Positions 16,483 through 25,294 of a DNA stretch of 64,000 nucleotides are shown piece after piece (positions within the stretch are counted from its first letter, which is position 1; every line of letters begins with the position of its first letter). The DNA lies in contig JBAZSC010000003.1 in the NCBI GenBank assembly GCA_041662665.1, positions 76,333 through 140,332 of the forward strand, read 5' to 3'. The position numbers and the translations under genes are program-made. The notes under the pieces are model-generated. The model saw only the letters and a program-made list of their open reading frames with translations. It ran no database searches and was not told the origin of the DNA. Source of the stretch: Patescibacteria group bacterium. GTDB lineage: Bacteria > Patescibacteriota > JABMPQ01 > JAQVVF01.

Positions 16483-17907
16483 TTACTGGTGAGCTTTTTT
16501 CCATTCTTGGTCAGCTAGGTCAAGATCAGAAACAAAACGTTTGATGAAAGGAATAGTGTGGGGCATAATACAAATCTTGTAGACAATCAATGGACAACTG
16601 AGTGGATCTAACGTATTTTTTGGAAAATAATCAGAACGAAGATGATAAGGCTGAAGAATTCCATGTTCTAGGATTTGTTTGGGGATTTCTCCACCTTCAA
16701 TGTCAATGACCATTGGAGCAAAGTTGACATGAGGTGAATACGGCATAATTTTGATCCAATTTAGATTAGCATTTTCCTTAATCAATCTAACTAGCTCATT
16801 TCTTGTTTCAAGACATTGTTGGACATATTTTCGTTGTCCATTCTGTCCTTCTGCCTGAAAGAGATATCGAGCTAAAACAGGAGAGAGGCAAGATCGTGAT
16901 CCAGAAACAGTGTCATGATCATGACCTCGGACGTATTGAACACGTCGAGCAACAAGTCTCATCAAATCTTTGCGACAGAGAAAAACTCCAGCAGGATAAG
17001 GTAGTCTTCCCATTTTGTCGCCGTCAATGGTTACTGACATGACATTAGGAACATTGAATCCAATTTTAGGTGCATTAATGTTGCAAAAAGGAATTGTAAA
17101 ACCGCCAAAGCTAGCATCAACATGCAAATAAAATCGGACATCTTGAGTAGTGTTGCGATCAATGAAATTACTGATCGCTTCGATTGGATCAATTGAGCCA
17201 AGTACAGTTGTTCCAGCTGTTGCAATAATCAGAAATCTTCTGAAGCCTTCATGGATTTTTTGGTTAACAATTTCTTGTAATGATCCAATATCCATTTCGC
17301 CTCGTTCGTTCATGCCAACAAGATTGAGTCCGCAACCGCGATGATCTGGTGTAAACAGATGATCTTTGCTACAGTGAACGCAATGTAACCATTGCGGTTC
17401 GCCAAAATCGAGCATTTCTAAAGCTTGAGAAATAGAGAAGTGCTGCAAAGGAGTTGCTAATGCGACAATTCCGCGATTATTAGGATCTGGACATTGGCGC
17501 AAATATTGTCTGCCGATCCAGAGTCCTTCAATATTGGCTTCAGTACCACCTCCGCAAAAATATCCTTCGGTTGTTGCTGGTGTGCCACCGATAACTGATG
17601 CAAGCATCCAGATTGCTTCAGCTTCCATTCTTTGAACAACTTCAAAACCGCCTTCACCATCTTGGAATTTCAAATTTCCATTATCGTCAATTTCAATGTG
17701 GGTATGACTGCCAATAGCATTGATTTGTTTAGCGAGCAGACTTTTTGCACGACCAAGTACGCCTTTTGGCAGAGTTGTACCAGGATAACAAAATGGCGGA
17801 ATCTCTTGTTCATATGGTGAAGAAATGCTGGCTACGATTTTGGCAATACCTTGTTGATCATGTCCATTTTCTGGCCATTCCCAATCTTGTCTTTTGTTGA
17901 CGTTCAT
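16483..17907 (-). CDS. PLP-dependent group II amino-acid decarboxylase (glutamate/tyrosine decarboxylase-like)
   Basis: 'LHVDASFGGF' (compare GAD 'HVDAASGGF'), 'GTTVLGSIDPI', and Lys in 'IDGDKMG'; SD AAGGGAGGGAAAA upstream of ATG at 17907. Confidence 0.65.
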   Translation of the reverse strand: MNVNKRQDWEWPENGHDQQGIAKIVASISSPYEQEIPPFCYPGTTLPKGVLGRAKSLLAKQINAIGSHTHIEIDDNGNLKFQDGEGGFEVVQRMEAEAIWMLASVIGGTPATTEGYFCGGGTEANIEGLWIGRQYLRQCPDPNNRGIVALATPLQHFSISQALEMLDFGEPQWLHCVHCSKDHLFTPDHRGCGLNLVGMNERGEMDIGSLQEIVNQKIHEGFRRFLIIATAGTTVLGSIDPIEAISNFIDRNTTQDVRFYLHVDASFGGFTIPFCNINAPKIGFNVPNVMSVTIDGDKMGRLPYPAGVFLCRKDLMRLVARRVQYVRGHDHDTVSGSRSCLSPVLARYLFQAEGQNGQRKYVQQCLETRNELVRLIKENANLNWIKIMPYSPHVNFAPMVIDIEGGEIPKQILEHGILQPYHLRSDYFPKNTLDPLSCPLIVYKICIMPHTIPFIKRFVSDLDLADQEWKKAHQ

Positions 17908-18078
17908 TTTCTTTTTTCCCTCCCTTGTTGTGAAGGTGCTTCTGCGAAGTTTATAACAATAATTTGATTTTGGCAAGGGCAGGATTTATTTAAATGATAA
18001 TTTTGTTTTTGTCAAGATGTTCATAACTGCATTGACAAATATATTTAAGACGCTATTATTAGATAAACACTTAAATTT

Positions 18079-19014
18079 ATGATTAAGGTAGAAAATCTTA
18101 CAAAGTCATACGCAAATTTTAAAGCACTAGATGGTGTTTCTTTCGAGGTGCAAAAGGGCGAAATTATCGGTTTTCTAGGTCCTAATGGCGCTGGAAAGAC
18201 GACAACAATGAGGATTTTGACAGGTTTTTTTCCTCCAACATCAGGAAAAGTCGAAATCGATGGTTTTGATATTTTTAATGATTCGATTGAAGTTCGAAAG
18301 AGAATCGGCTATTTGCCAGAAAATACTCCATTATATCAAGACATGGAAGTTTATGCATTTTTACGATATATGGCAGAATTGAAGGATGTTGAGCCAGAAA
18401 AGAAAAATCAGCATATCAAGAATATTATGAAGCGTTGCGGAATTGAGCACATGAAAAATGAGATTATTTCTCGTCTTTCAAAAGGCTATAAACAAAGAGT
18501 TGGATTAGCCCAAGCTTTAATTGGTGATCCAAAAGTATTAATTTTGGATGAGCCAACTATTGGTTTGGATCCAAAACAGATTATTGAAATTAGGAATTTG
18601 ATTAAAGAATTAGGCAAAGAAAAAACAATTATTTTATCAACTCATATTTTACCAGAAGTAGCTGTGACTTGTACTAGAGTTATAATTATTAATGAAGGAA
18701 AGATTGTTGCTGAAGATACACCAGATAATTTGGAGAATAAAGTTTCAGGTGTTGCAAAAGTAATTGTAACTGTTCGAGGCGGATCTCCTGATTTGATAAA
18801 ATCAAGATTGGAAGGCGTACAGGGTGTCAGCAATGTAACTGTTTTGAAAAATCATGCTGGATTTACTGATTTAAGTATTCAATCTGAAAAAGATGTTGAT
18901 GTCAGAGATAAAGTTTCTTCAATTATAGTTCAAAATAATTGGGGATTGATTGAAATGCATCGCGAAACTTTAGGATTAGAGGAAATTTTCTTAAAACTTA
19001 CTAAAAAGGGTTAA
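18079..19014 (+). CDS. ABC transporter ATP-binding protein (GldA-like, ABC-2 subfamily)
   Basis: Walker A GPNGAGKTT, signature LSKGYKQRV, Walker B LILDEPT. Confidence 0.85.
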   Translation: MIKVENLTKSYANFKALDGVSFEVQKGEIIGFLGPNGAGKTTTMRILTGFFPPTSGKVEIDGFDIFNDSIEVRKRIGYLPENTPLYQDMEVYAFLRYMAELKDVEPEKKNQHIKNIMKRCGIEHMKNEIISRLSKGYKQRVGLAQALIGDPKVLILDEPTIGLDPKQIIEIRNLIKELGKEKTIILSTHILPEVAVTCTRVIIINEGKIVAEDTPDNLENKVSGVAKVIVTVRGGSPDLIKSRLEGVQGVSNVTVLKNHAGFTDLSIQSEKDVDVRDKVSSIIVQNNWGLIEMHRETLGLEEIFLKLTKKG

Positions 19015-19110
19015 TTTTCTCGAATAAAATCTCTAATAAAACTAATGTAACTCGAATTTGGGATTTATTAGAGAAAGAGTATTAGAAATAGTATTAGAGA
19101 AATCAATGTT

Positions 19111-19821
19111 ATGCATAATATTTTAACAATTGCGAAAAAAGAATTAAGATCATATTTTCTATCATCGATTGCTTATGTAGTATTTGCAATGTTTTTGCTT
19201 TTGGCAGGATATTTTTTCACAGTAATTTTGCTATATACTCAAGAAGCTTCATTACAAGGAGCAGCTTATAATATTGTAATTACTTTATTATTTTTGATTC
19301 CATTATTAACAATGAAATCATTTGCTGAAGAAAGACGACAAGGTACATTGGAATTGTTGATGACAAAACCAGTAACTGATTTAGAAGTTGCATTAGGCAA
19401 GTTCTTTGCAGCAGCAGGAATGTATTTGATAATGTTGTTATCAACAGTTGTGTACGTATTTATTTTAATTAAATATGGTAATCCTGATATGGGTCCAATT
19501 TATTCTGCCTATATTGGTTTGATTTTGGTTGGATTTGCTTTTATTGCTTTAGGAGTTTTTGCTTCAACTTTGACTGAAAATCAAATTGTTGCTGCAGTAA
19601 TTGGCTTTGCAATGATTTTATTATTATGGGTTTTGTCTTGGGCTTCTTCTCAATTTACAGGAAATATGGCTGAAATTATTTCGTATTTATCTTTATCTGG
19701 GCATTATGATAATTTCGTAAAAGGCGTTATTGATTTGAAGGACGTAGTTTACTATTTGAGTTTTATTATTTTCTGGTTGTTTGTAACTGTAAAATCAATT
19801 GAGGTTAGACGATGGAAGTAA
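19111..19821 (+). CDS. ABC-2 type transporter permease (GldF-like)
   Basis: Six predicted TM helices; positioned after the ATPase. Confidence 0.65.
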   Translation: MHNILTIAKKELRSYFLSSIAYVVFAMFLLLAGYFFTVILLYTQEASLQGAAYNIVITLLFLIPLLTMKSFAEERRQGTLELLMTKPVTDLEVALGKFFAAAGMYLIMLLSTVVYVFILIKYGNPDMGPIYSAYIGLILVGFAFIALGVFASTLTENQIVAAVIGFAMILLLWVLSWASSQFTGNMAEIISYLSLSGHYDNFVKGVIDLKDVVYYLSFIIFWLFVTVKSIEVRRWK

Positions 19822-19868
19822 ATAAGTTCTAAAGTTTATAAAGTTATAAAGTTCATAAAGTAAATATA

Positions 19869-21323
19869 ATGAAATTTGATAAGAAAAAAATTAGTGAAAA
19901 GATCAAAGGTGCAAGCAAAAAAGCTAGCAATGTTTTAGGTGCAAGACAAACAAAATTTGGCAGCAATACTTTAGTATTGATTTTGGCTTTGCTTGGTATT
20001 TTAATTCTTGTTAATTATATTGTTAGAAAAGAATCTGGAACTTTGCGATATGATATGACAAAGAACAAACAGTTTACTTTGTCTGATCAAACAAAAAAAG
20101 TTTTGCAGAATGTTAATGATGATGTAAATATTACAATTTTTTATCAGACTGATAATCCATCTCGTGCTCAATTGCAAAATTTATTATCTGAATATCAAGC
20201 GAAAAATTCTCGTATTAAATTTGAATTTGTTGATCCAGATAAAAATCCAACAAAGGCCAGAGAATTTGGAATTACAAGATATGGAACAATTATATTCAAA
20301 AAAGGAGATAAAACAGAACAAACGACTGGTTTTTCAGAAAGTGATATAACTTCAAGTATTTTAAAATTAAGCAAAGATGGCAAAAAAGTTGTTTACTTTA
20401 TGATTGGTCATAAAGAAAAAGATTTAAGCTTGACCTCAGAAAAAGGTTATAGCAGTATTAAAAATACTTTGGAAAAAGAAAATTTTGAAATAAAAAATTT
20501 AAATTTAACGACAGTTAGTAAAGTTCCTGATGATGCATCTGTTGTAATTTTGGCTGGACCGCAGAAAGCGCTTTTAGATAAAGAAAAAGAATCTTTAAAG
20601 AAATATTTGGATGAAAAAGATGGAAAACTATTTGCGTTGATTGATCCAAGAAAAGAAATAAAAGAAGACGTAAAAGTAAATGATCTTTTGAATAATTATG
20701 GAATTAATTTAACAGATGGCTTAGTAATTGATCCGACAAAAGCTTTTTTTGGCGATGTTGCTGCACCAGTTGTTGAAAAATGGGAAAGCCATCAAATTAC
20801 TGAAGGCTTGTCTGCTGCATTTTTTCCTGGTGTGCAGATGGTTTCTAAAGGAGACAAAACACCAGAAAATATTTTGGTCAATGATTTAGGAAAAAGCAGC
20901 AATGATTCTTGGTTAGAAAATAATTTAGATACTGAAAAAGTAAAATATGATGCAGGATCTGATAAAAAAGGACCAATTTCAATTGGTACTGCTGCTCATC
21001 AAACTAAAAAAGTAAAAGAAGGCGATCAGGAAGTTGCAAAAGAAGGATTGAGAATTGTTGTTATTGGAGATTCAGATTTTGCAGTAAATGGATATGAAAC
21101 TTTCTTAGGCAATCAAGATCTATTTGTTAATTCATTGCATTGGTTAGCTTCTGAAGAAGAATTAATTTCTATTCGTCCAAAAGAAGAAGAACAAAGAACT
21201 GTTGCTTTGACAGGTTCACAAGGCAGAATTATATTTTATTTGACTGTTGTTATTATGCCATTAACTGCAATTGGTGTTGGCATATATGTTTGGTCACGAA
21301 GAAGAAAAACAAGACGACAATAA
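19869..21323 (+). CDS. GldG-like ABC-transport auxiliary component
   Basis: N-terminal TM, large periplasmic domain, C-terminal TM plus basic tail; gene order follows the ATPase and permease. Confidence 0.55.
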   Translation: MKFDKKKISEKIKGASKKASNVLGARQTKFGSNTLVLILALLGILILVNYIVRKESGTLRYDMTKNKQFTLSDQTKKVLQNVNDDVNITIFYQTDNPSRAQLQNLLSEYQAKNSRIKFEFVDPDKNPTKAREFGITRYGTIIFKKGDKTEQTTGFSESDITSSILKLSKDGKKVVYFMIGHKEKDLSLTSEKGYSSIKNTLEKENFEIKNLNLTTVSKVPDDASVVILAGPQKALLDKEKESLKKYLDEKDGKLFALIDPRKEIKEDVKVNDLLNNYGINLTDGLVIDPTKAFFGDVAAPVVEKWESHQITEGLSAAFFPGVQMVSKGDKTPENILVNDLGKSSNDSWLENNLDTEKVKYDAGSDKKGPISIGTAAHQTKKVKEGDQEVAKEGLRIVVIGDSDFAVNGYETFLGNQDLFVNSLHWLASEEELISIRPKEEEQRTVALTGSQGRIIFYLTVVIMPLTAIGVGIYVWSRRRKTRRQ

Positions 21324-21405
21324 TTTGTATTAACGCAGAATCGAACGCAGAAAATGCAGAATTATACGAGAAAATTGTTTCAGAAATTATATTAAAAATA
21401 GTGAT

Positions 21406-21981
21406 ATGAAAAAACTTTGGGAAAAAATAATGAATTTCAGATTTAAAGGTGCATTTATTTTGACATTAATATTTATTTTATTGTTAGTTTTTGTTTTAGT
21501 ATTTGAACGAAATCGAGAAGTAAAATTGGATGAAGCTGGTCAAGAAACTTTTACAGTTTTGGATATTAAAAAAGATGATGTGCAAAAAGTTACATTTAAT
21601 AATGATGGCGAGAAATTAGTTTTGAATAAACAGGATGACGGATCTTGGAAAGGCAAGAAAGAAGTTATGAAAGATAATAAGAAAAGCACTGACTATTTCA
21701 AAGTTGATAGCACAAAACTTGATCCTATTTTAGATGAAATGATAAAAATTGAGGCAGCAGAAAAGATTGAAAATCCTAATCTAAAAGATTATGGTTTAGA
21801 GAATGCAAAATATTCTGCAATATTTGAATTAAAAAATAATAAGAAAAAAGAATTATTTGTTGGAGACAAAAATCCTGATGGATCTTCAGTTTATGCAAAA
21901 ATTTCTGATGAAGATTATGTTTTTTTAGCTCAAACTTCAATAAAAGCAAAAATTCAGACTAAAGAAAGCGATTTGAAATAA
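21406..21981 (+). CDS. Membrane-anchored hypothetical protein (DUF4340-like position after gldG)
   Basis: N-terminal TM; synteny. Confidence 0.35.
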   Translation: MKKLWEKIMNFRFKGAFILTLIFILLLVFVLVFERNREVKLDEAGQETFTVLDIKKDDVQKVTFNNDGEKLVLNKQDDGSWKGKKEVMKDNKKSTDYFKVDSTKLDPILDEMIKIEAAEKIENPNLKDYGLENAKYSAIFELKNNKKKELFVGDKNPDGSSVYAKISDEDYVFLAQTSIKAKIQTKESDLK

Positions 21982-22019
21982 TCGCGAATTTGTACAAATT
22001 TATCACTAATTTCACAAAT

Positions 22020-22042
22020 ACGGCGAAAGCCGTTTTTTGGTG
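22020..22042 (+). terminator. Terminator hairpin acggcgaaagccgt + T6, followed by the conserved GGTGCCTCACTCTAATA motif
   Basis: Stem-loop plus T-run. Confidence 0.5.
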
Positions 22043-22182
22043 CCTCACTCTAATAACTTTTCTAATAGAAATAGATAGTGCATATTGAGAAGAGTTAAAA
22101 TTTTTTGTTGACAAAAGTTATTATTTTTTGTATTCTATCCTATTGTTCTTTATAAATATTGTAGCCAGAGGAGGAAGAGGAA

Positions 22183-22872
22183 ATGGCACTACCAGAGTTG
22201 GTTGTTACCAGAAGTAATACAAAAGAAAAGATTACAAATGTATTAGTTATAGGATCACCTATGTTTGATAGTTTCGAAGTTGATTTAATGGAGACAAAAG
22301 ATGGAATGTTGGTGGTTGGTCATCCCAGTATTTTTCAGGCTCGTGATTATACTTTGATAGAGGCAAGAGCGCAAAGAGGAGCTTTAACTATTGATGAAAT
22401 GGCAGAAATTGTTTTGATGAATAATCTTCATGTTTTTTTGGACTTGAAGTATGAAGATATGGGCGAATTAGCAGCAAGCGAGATTAGAAGAGTTGGCTTG
22501 CAAAATCATTCGGTGTTGATTTCTTGGGGTCAGCAGAATTTGGTAGCTGTCAGACGAGTTGATAAAGAGCTTAAGACTGGTTGGATATTTAATGGCGCCT
22601 TGGAAGATCCAGCAGGTGAGATGGAAAGGTTGGGATGTAATTATTTTGTGACTTGTTTTTATTACATGACGACTGAATTTTGGGTGAAAATGCGTAATTT
22701 GCGCAGAAAATCTAAAGTTGGGCTTTGTTTGAGAAAAACTACTCATAAAAATGATTTAAAAATAGCCGCACATGAAGATGTAGAATTTATTTTTGTTGAT
22801 CCAGAAGTTAATTTAAATGAAATGCTTGTTACTTTTGCTCACGTGACAACTGAATTGATAGACGAACTTTGA
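22183..22872 (+). CDS. GDPD-like (glycerophosphodiester phosphodiesterase fold) protein, probably catalytically divergent
   Basis: 'FEVDLMETKDGMLVVGHP' resembles GDPD 'iElDvqlTkDgvlVvlHD', but the N-terminal HRG motif is replaced (GSP); strong SD GAGGAGGAAGAGG; higher G+C. Confidence 0.3.
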   Translation: MALPELVVTRSNTKEKITNVLVIGSPMFDSFEVDLMETKDGMLVVGHPSIFQARDYTLIEARAQRGALTIDEMAEIVLMNNLHVFLDLKYEDMGELAASEIRRVGLQNHSVLISWGQQNLVAVRRVDKELKTGWIFNGALEDPAGEMERLGCNYFVTCFYYMTTEFWVKMRNLRRKSKVGLCLRKTTHKNDLKIAAHEDVEFIFVDPEVNLNEMLVTFAHVTTELIDEL

Positions 22873-22987
22873 TACAGGCTTAGCCTGTTTTTTTATGTCT
22901 CACTTTAATATTTTTTCGAATAGAATGAATTAGTATGCTATCAGTTATATTAGAAAATCTATTAGAATGATAACAAAAAAACAGGAA

Positions 22988-23962
22988 TTAGATTCCTGTA
23001 GAGTTTAGACGAAGGTTCAATATTGGTACAGTTGGTCCAGCTGTTATTCTGATCAACCTGATATCTTTTTTGCGGTTTGAGAAAACATCGCCATCAATAA
23101 TGATATCTTCGTCAGTTTTAAGAATCAATTCTTTGGCATTGCCATTGATGACTTTTCGAGAAATAAGATCTCTTTTTACTTCTTTGCCCCAGAGATATCG
23201 AAATACATGGCTTAGAAGTTCATAGGCATTGAGAGAAAAAATACCAAGAAGAAATTGACCTTTTTGGATTCTTCCAGACAATGGTCTGAATGTTAGGACA
23301 ACATCTTTAATATTAGCAGCGATGATTCCAGCAAATTTTGTTCTTTCAAATTGCTGATTGTCATATGTTACTTTAGCTTGAGCATAATGGTAAATTCTGA
23401 ATCTGCTAAAAACAGTTCCAAGAATACAATGAAAGATTAAGCAAATCGCTGCCCAAAGACCCTTGCTTGTTTTTTCGTAATATTTCAAATAATCAACAAC
23501 AACTCCAATTGAAAAGAAAAATCCATAATAGATTTTTCCAGCATCATCAATTTGAATTAGCTCTTTTTGATAAATTGGATAATCTGGCTGAGATCTGATT
23601 TTTAAAACAGTTGCAAGATTTTCATGCGGATCTTTTTTGAAACCGAGAGCTTTGGCAACCATGGACATTGATCCGCCACCGATATGAGCGATAACTGGTA
23701 ATGCTTGCGTGCCATAAATTTTGAGAGTTTCTTGAATGATGTGGCGCAAAGCTCCATCTCCACCACAACAACAGATATAACGAACTTTTGCTTTTTTTAA
23801 CTTGCGAATAATACTTCTGACTTGTTCAGGACTTTGAGTAATAAAAACTTGGACATTTTCAACACTTGAGGCAACTTTTTTTATTCGATTGATGTATTTT
23901 AGTCCTTTTCTTCTAATCAGCATTGCATTGAGATTGATGATGACAGCAACTGGTGGTAGCAT
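22988..23962 (-). CDS. Diacylglycerol/lipid kinase catalytic-domain protein (YegS/BmrU family)
   Basis: DAGK_cat motif 'CCCGGDGALRHI'. Confidence 0.65.
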   Translation of the reverse strand: MLPPVAVIINLNAMLIRRKGLKYINRIKKVASSVENVQVFITQSPEQVRSIIRKLKKAKVRYICCCGGDGALRHIIQETLKIYGTQALPVIAHIGGGSMSMVAKALGFKKDPHENLATVLKIRSQPDYPIYQKELIQIDDAGKIYYGFFFSIGVVVDYLKYYEKTSKGLWAAICLIFHCILGTVFSRFRIYHYAQAKVTYDNQQFERTKFAGIIAANIKDVVLTFRPLSGRIQKGQFLLGIFSLNAYELLSHVFRYLWGKEVKRDLISRKVINGNAKELILKTDEDIIIDGDVFSNRKKDIRLIRITAGPTVPILNLRLNSTGI

Positions 23963-24199
23963 TTTGTCCTCCGTCTTTGTTTGTTAGGGTGCAATTTAGC
24001 TTAAATTAGCATAAAAATAAGTTATGCACAACAAAATTATTGATGTTTGGTTTTTGTTGTCCGTCACGCTAATGTTTTTGCGAATGACACTAATAAAAAC
24101 ACTAATAATTTGTTTATCCACAGCTTAAAGTATTGTTGTTTGGTTTTTGTTCGGTTATAATATAAATAACAAAATAACTAAATTATAAATAACAAAATT

Positions 24200-24811
24200 A
24201 TGAAAAAGCTAACAAAAAAACAAAAGATTTTATTAGATTTTTTGGCTAATTTTGAACAAGATAATGGCTATATGCCTTCGTATCAGGAAATCACAAGAGA
24301 GATGGGATTAAAATCAAAAGCAACTGTTTGGGAGCATTTGAAAAATTTGAAAGATAAAGGTTATTTGGATTTTGTAAAAGGAGCAGCTCGAGCGATAAAG
24401 TTAGAAGAAAAATTTAGATTATTTGCAAAAGCAGTCCAAGTACCTTTAGTTGGATTAATCGCAGCAGGCGAGCCAATAGAGGCCATAGAAGATAGAGAGA
24501 TGATGGATGTGCCAATTGGTTTTGTGAATGGCAAAAGAGTAGAAGATTGCTTTGCTTTGAAGGTAAGGGGTGATTCAATGATTGAAGATGGAATTTTAGA
24601 TGGCGATTATGTAATGGTGGAAAAAAATTATTATCCTAGTAATGGAGATGTCGTTGTAGCTTTATTAGGAAATGAATATGCAACTTTAAAAAGATATTAT
24701 CGAGAAAAAAAGCGAATTAGATTGCAACCAGCGAATTCAACGATGAAACCAATTTATGCAATTAATCCGGCGATACAAGGAGTGGTGAGGGCGGTGTTGA
24801 GAAAGTTCTAA
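24200..24811 (+). CDS. lexA: LexA repressor
   Basis: N-terminal wHTH; C-terminal S24 peptidase motifs 'VRGDSMIEDGILDGDYVMV', with Ala-Gly cleavage site and Lys in 'KRYYREKKRIRLQ'. Confidence 0.85.
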   Translation: MKKLTKKQKILLDFLANFEQDNGYMPSYQEITREMGLKSKATVWEHLKNLKDKGYLDFVKGAARAIKLEEKFRLFAKAVQVPLVGLIAAGEPIEAIEDREMMDVPIGFVNGKRVEDCFALKVRGDSMIEDGILDGDYVMVEKNYYPSNGDVVVALLGNEYATLKRYYREKKRIRLQPANSTMKPIYAINPAIQGVVRAVLRKF

Positions 24812-24998
24812 CTAATTTTCAATTTCTAATTTCTAATTTCTATTAAATTCTTAATGCTTAAATTTTCAAACCTATCTTTTGTCGTCGATGTTTAGAAATT
24901 AGTTTATTGAAAATTTAATAGAGTTAAAAGCGACCTTAGAAGCTTTTAACGGGCAGTAGCCCTTAGAAATTATTAATTAGAAATTTTTTTGTAAATTT

Positions 24999-25244
24999 AT
25001 GTACGAGCAAATAAATGATCCAATCGAAGTTTTAGCGGGTTTTAAAAGAGGACAAATAATTCCTTATCGTTTTAAATGGGGAATGCATCAATATGATGTA
25101 AAAAAGGTTAATTTAGTGCATGGAGAAATGCGAGGTAGGGATATGTTATATTATTTTTCTGTTTCCGATGAAGCGAATTATTTTAAATTATGTTTTGATG
25201 CTGGACGGATGGCTTGGAAGTTAGAAGAAATGATGGAAGCGTAA
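24999..25244 (+). CDS. Small hypothetical protein (81 aa) between lexA and dinB
   Basis: ORF with its own ATG and conserved-looking aromatic-rich sequence; location in an SOS cassette. Confidence 0.35.
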   Translation: MYEQINDPIEVLAGFKRGQIIPYRFKWGMHQYDVKKVNLVHGEMRGRDMLYYFSVSDEANYFKLCFDAGRMAWKLEEMMEA

Positions 25245-25294
25245 AAAATAAAAATTTAAAAATCAAAATGTAAAATGATAATTTAAAATTTAAA

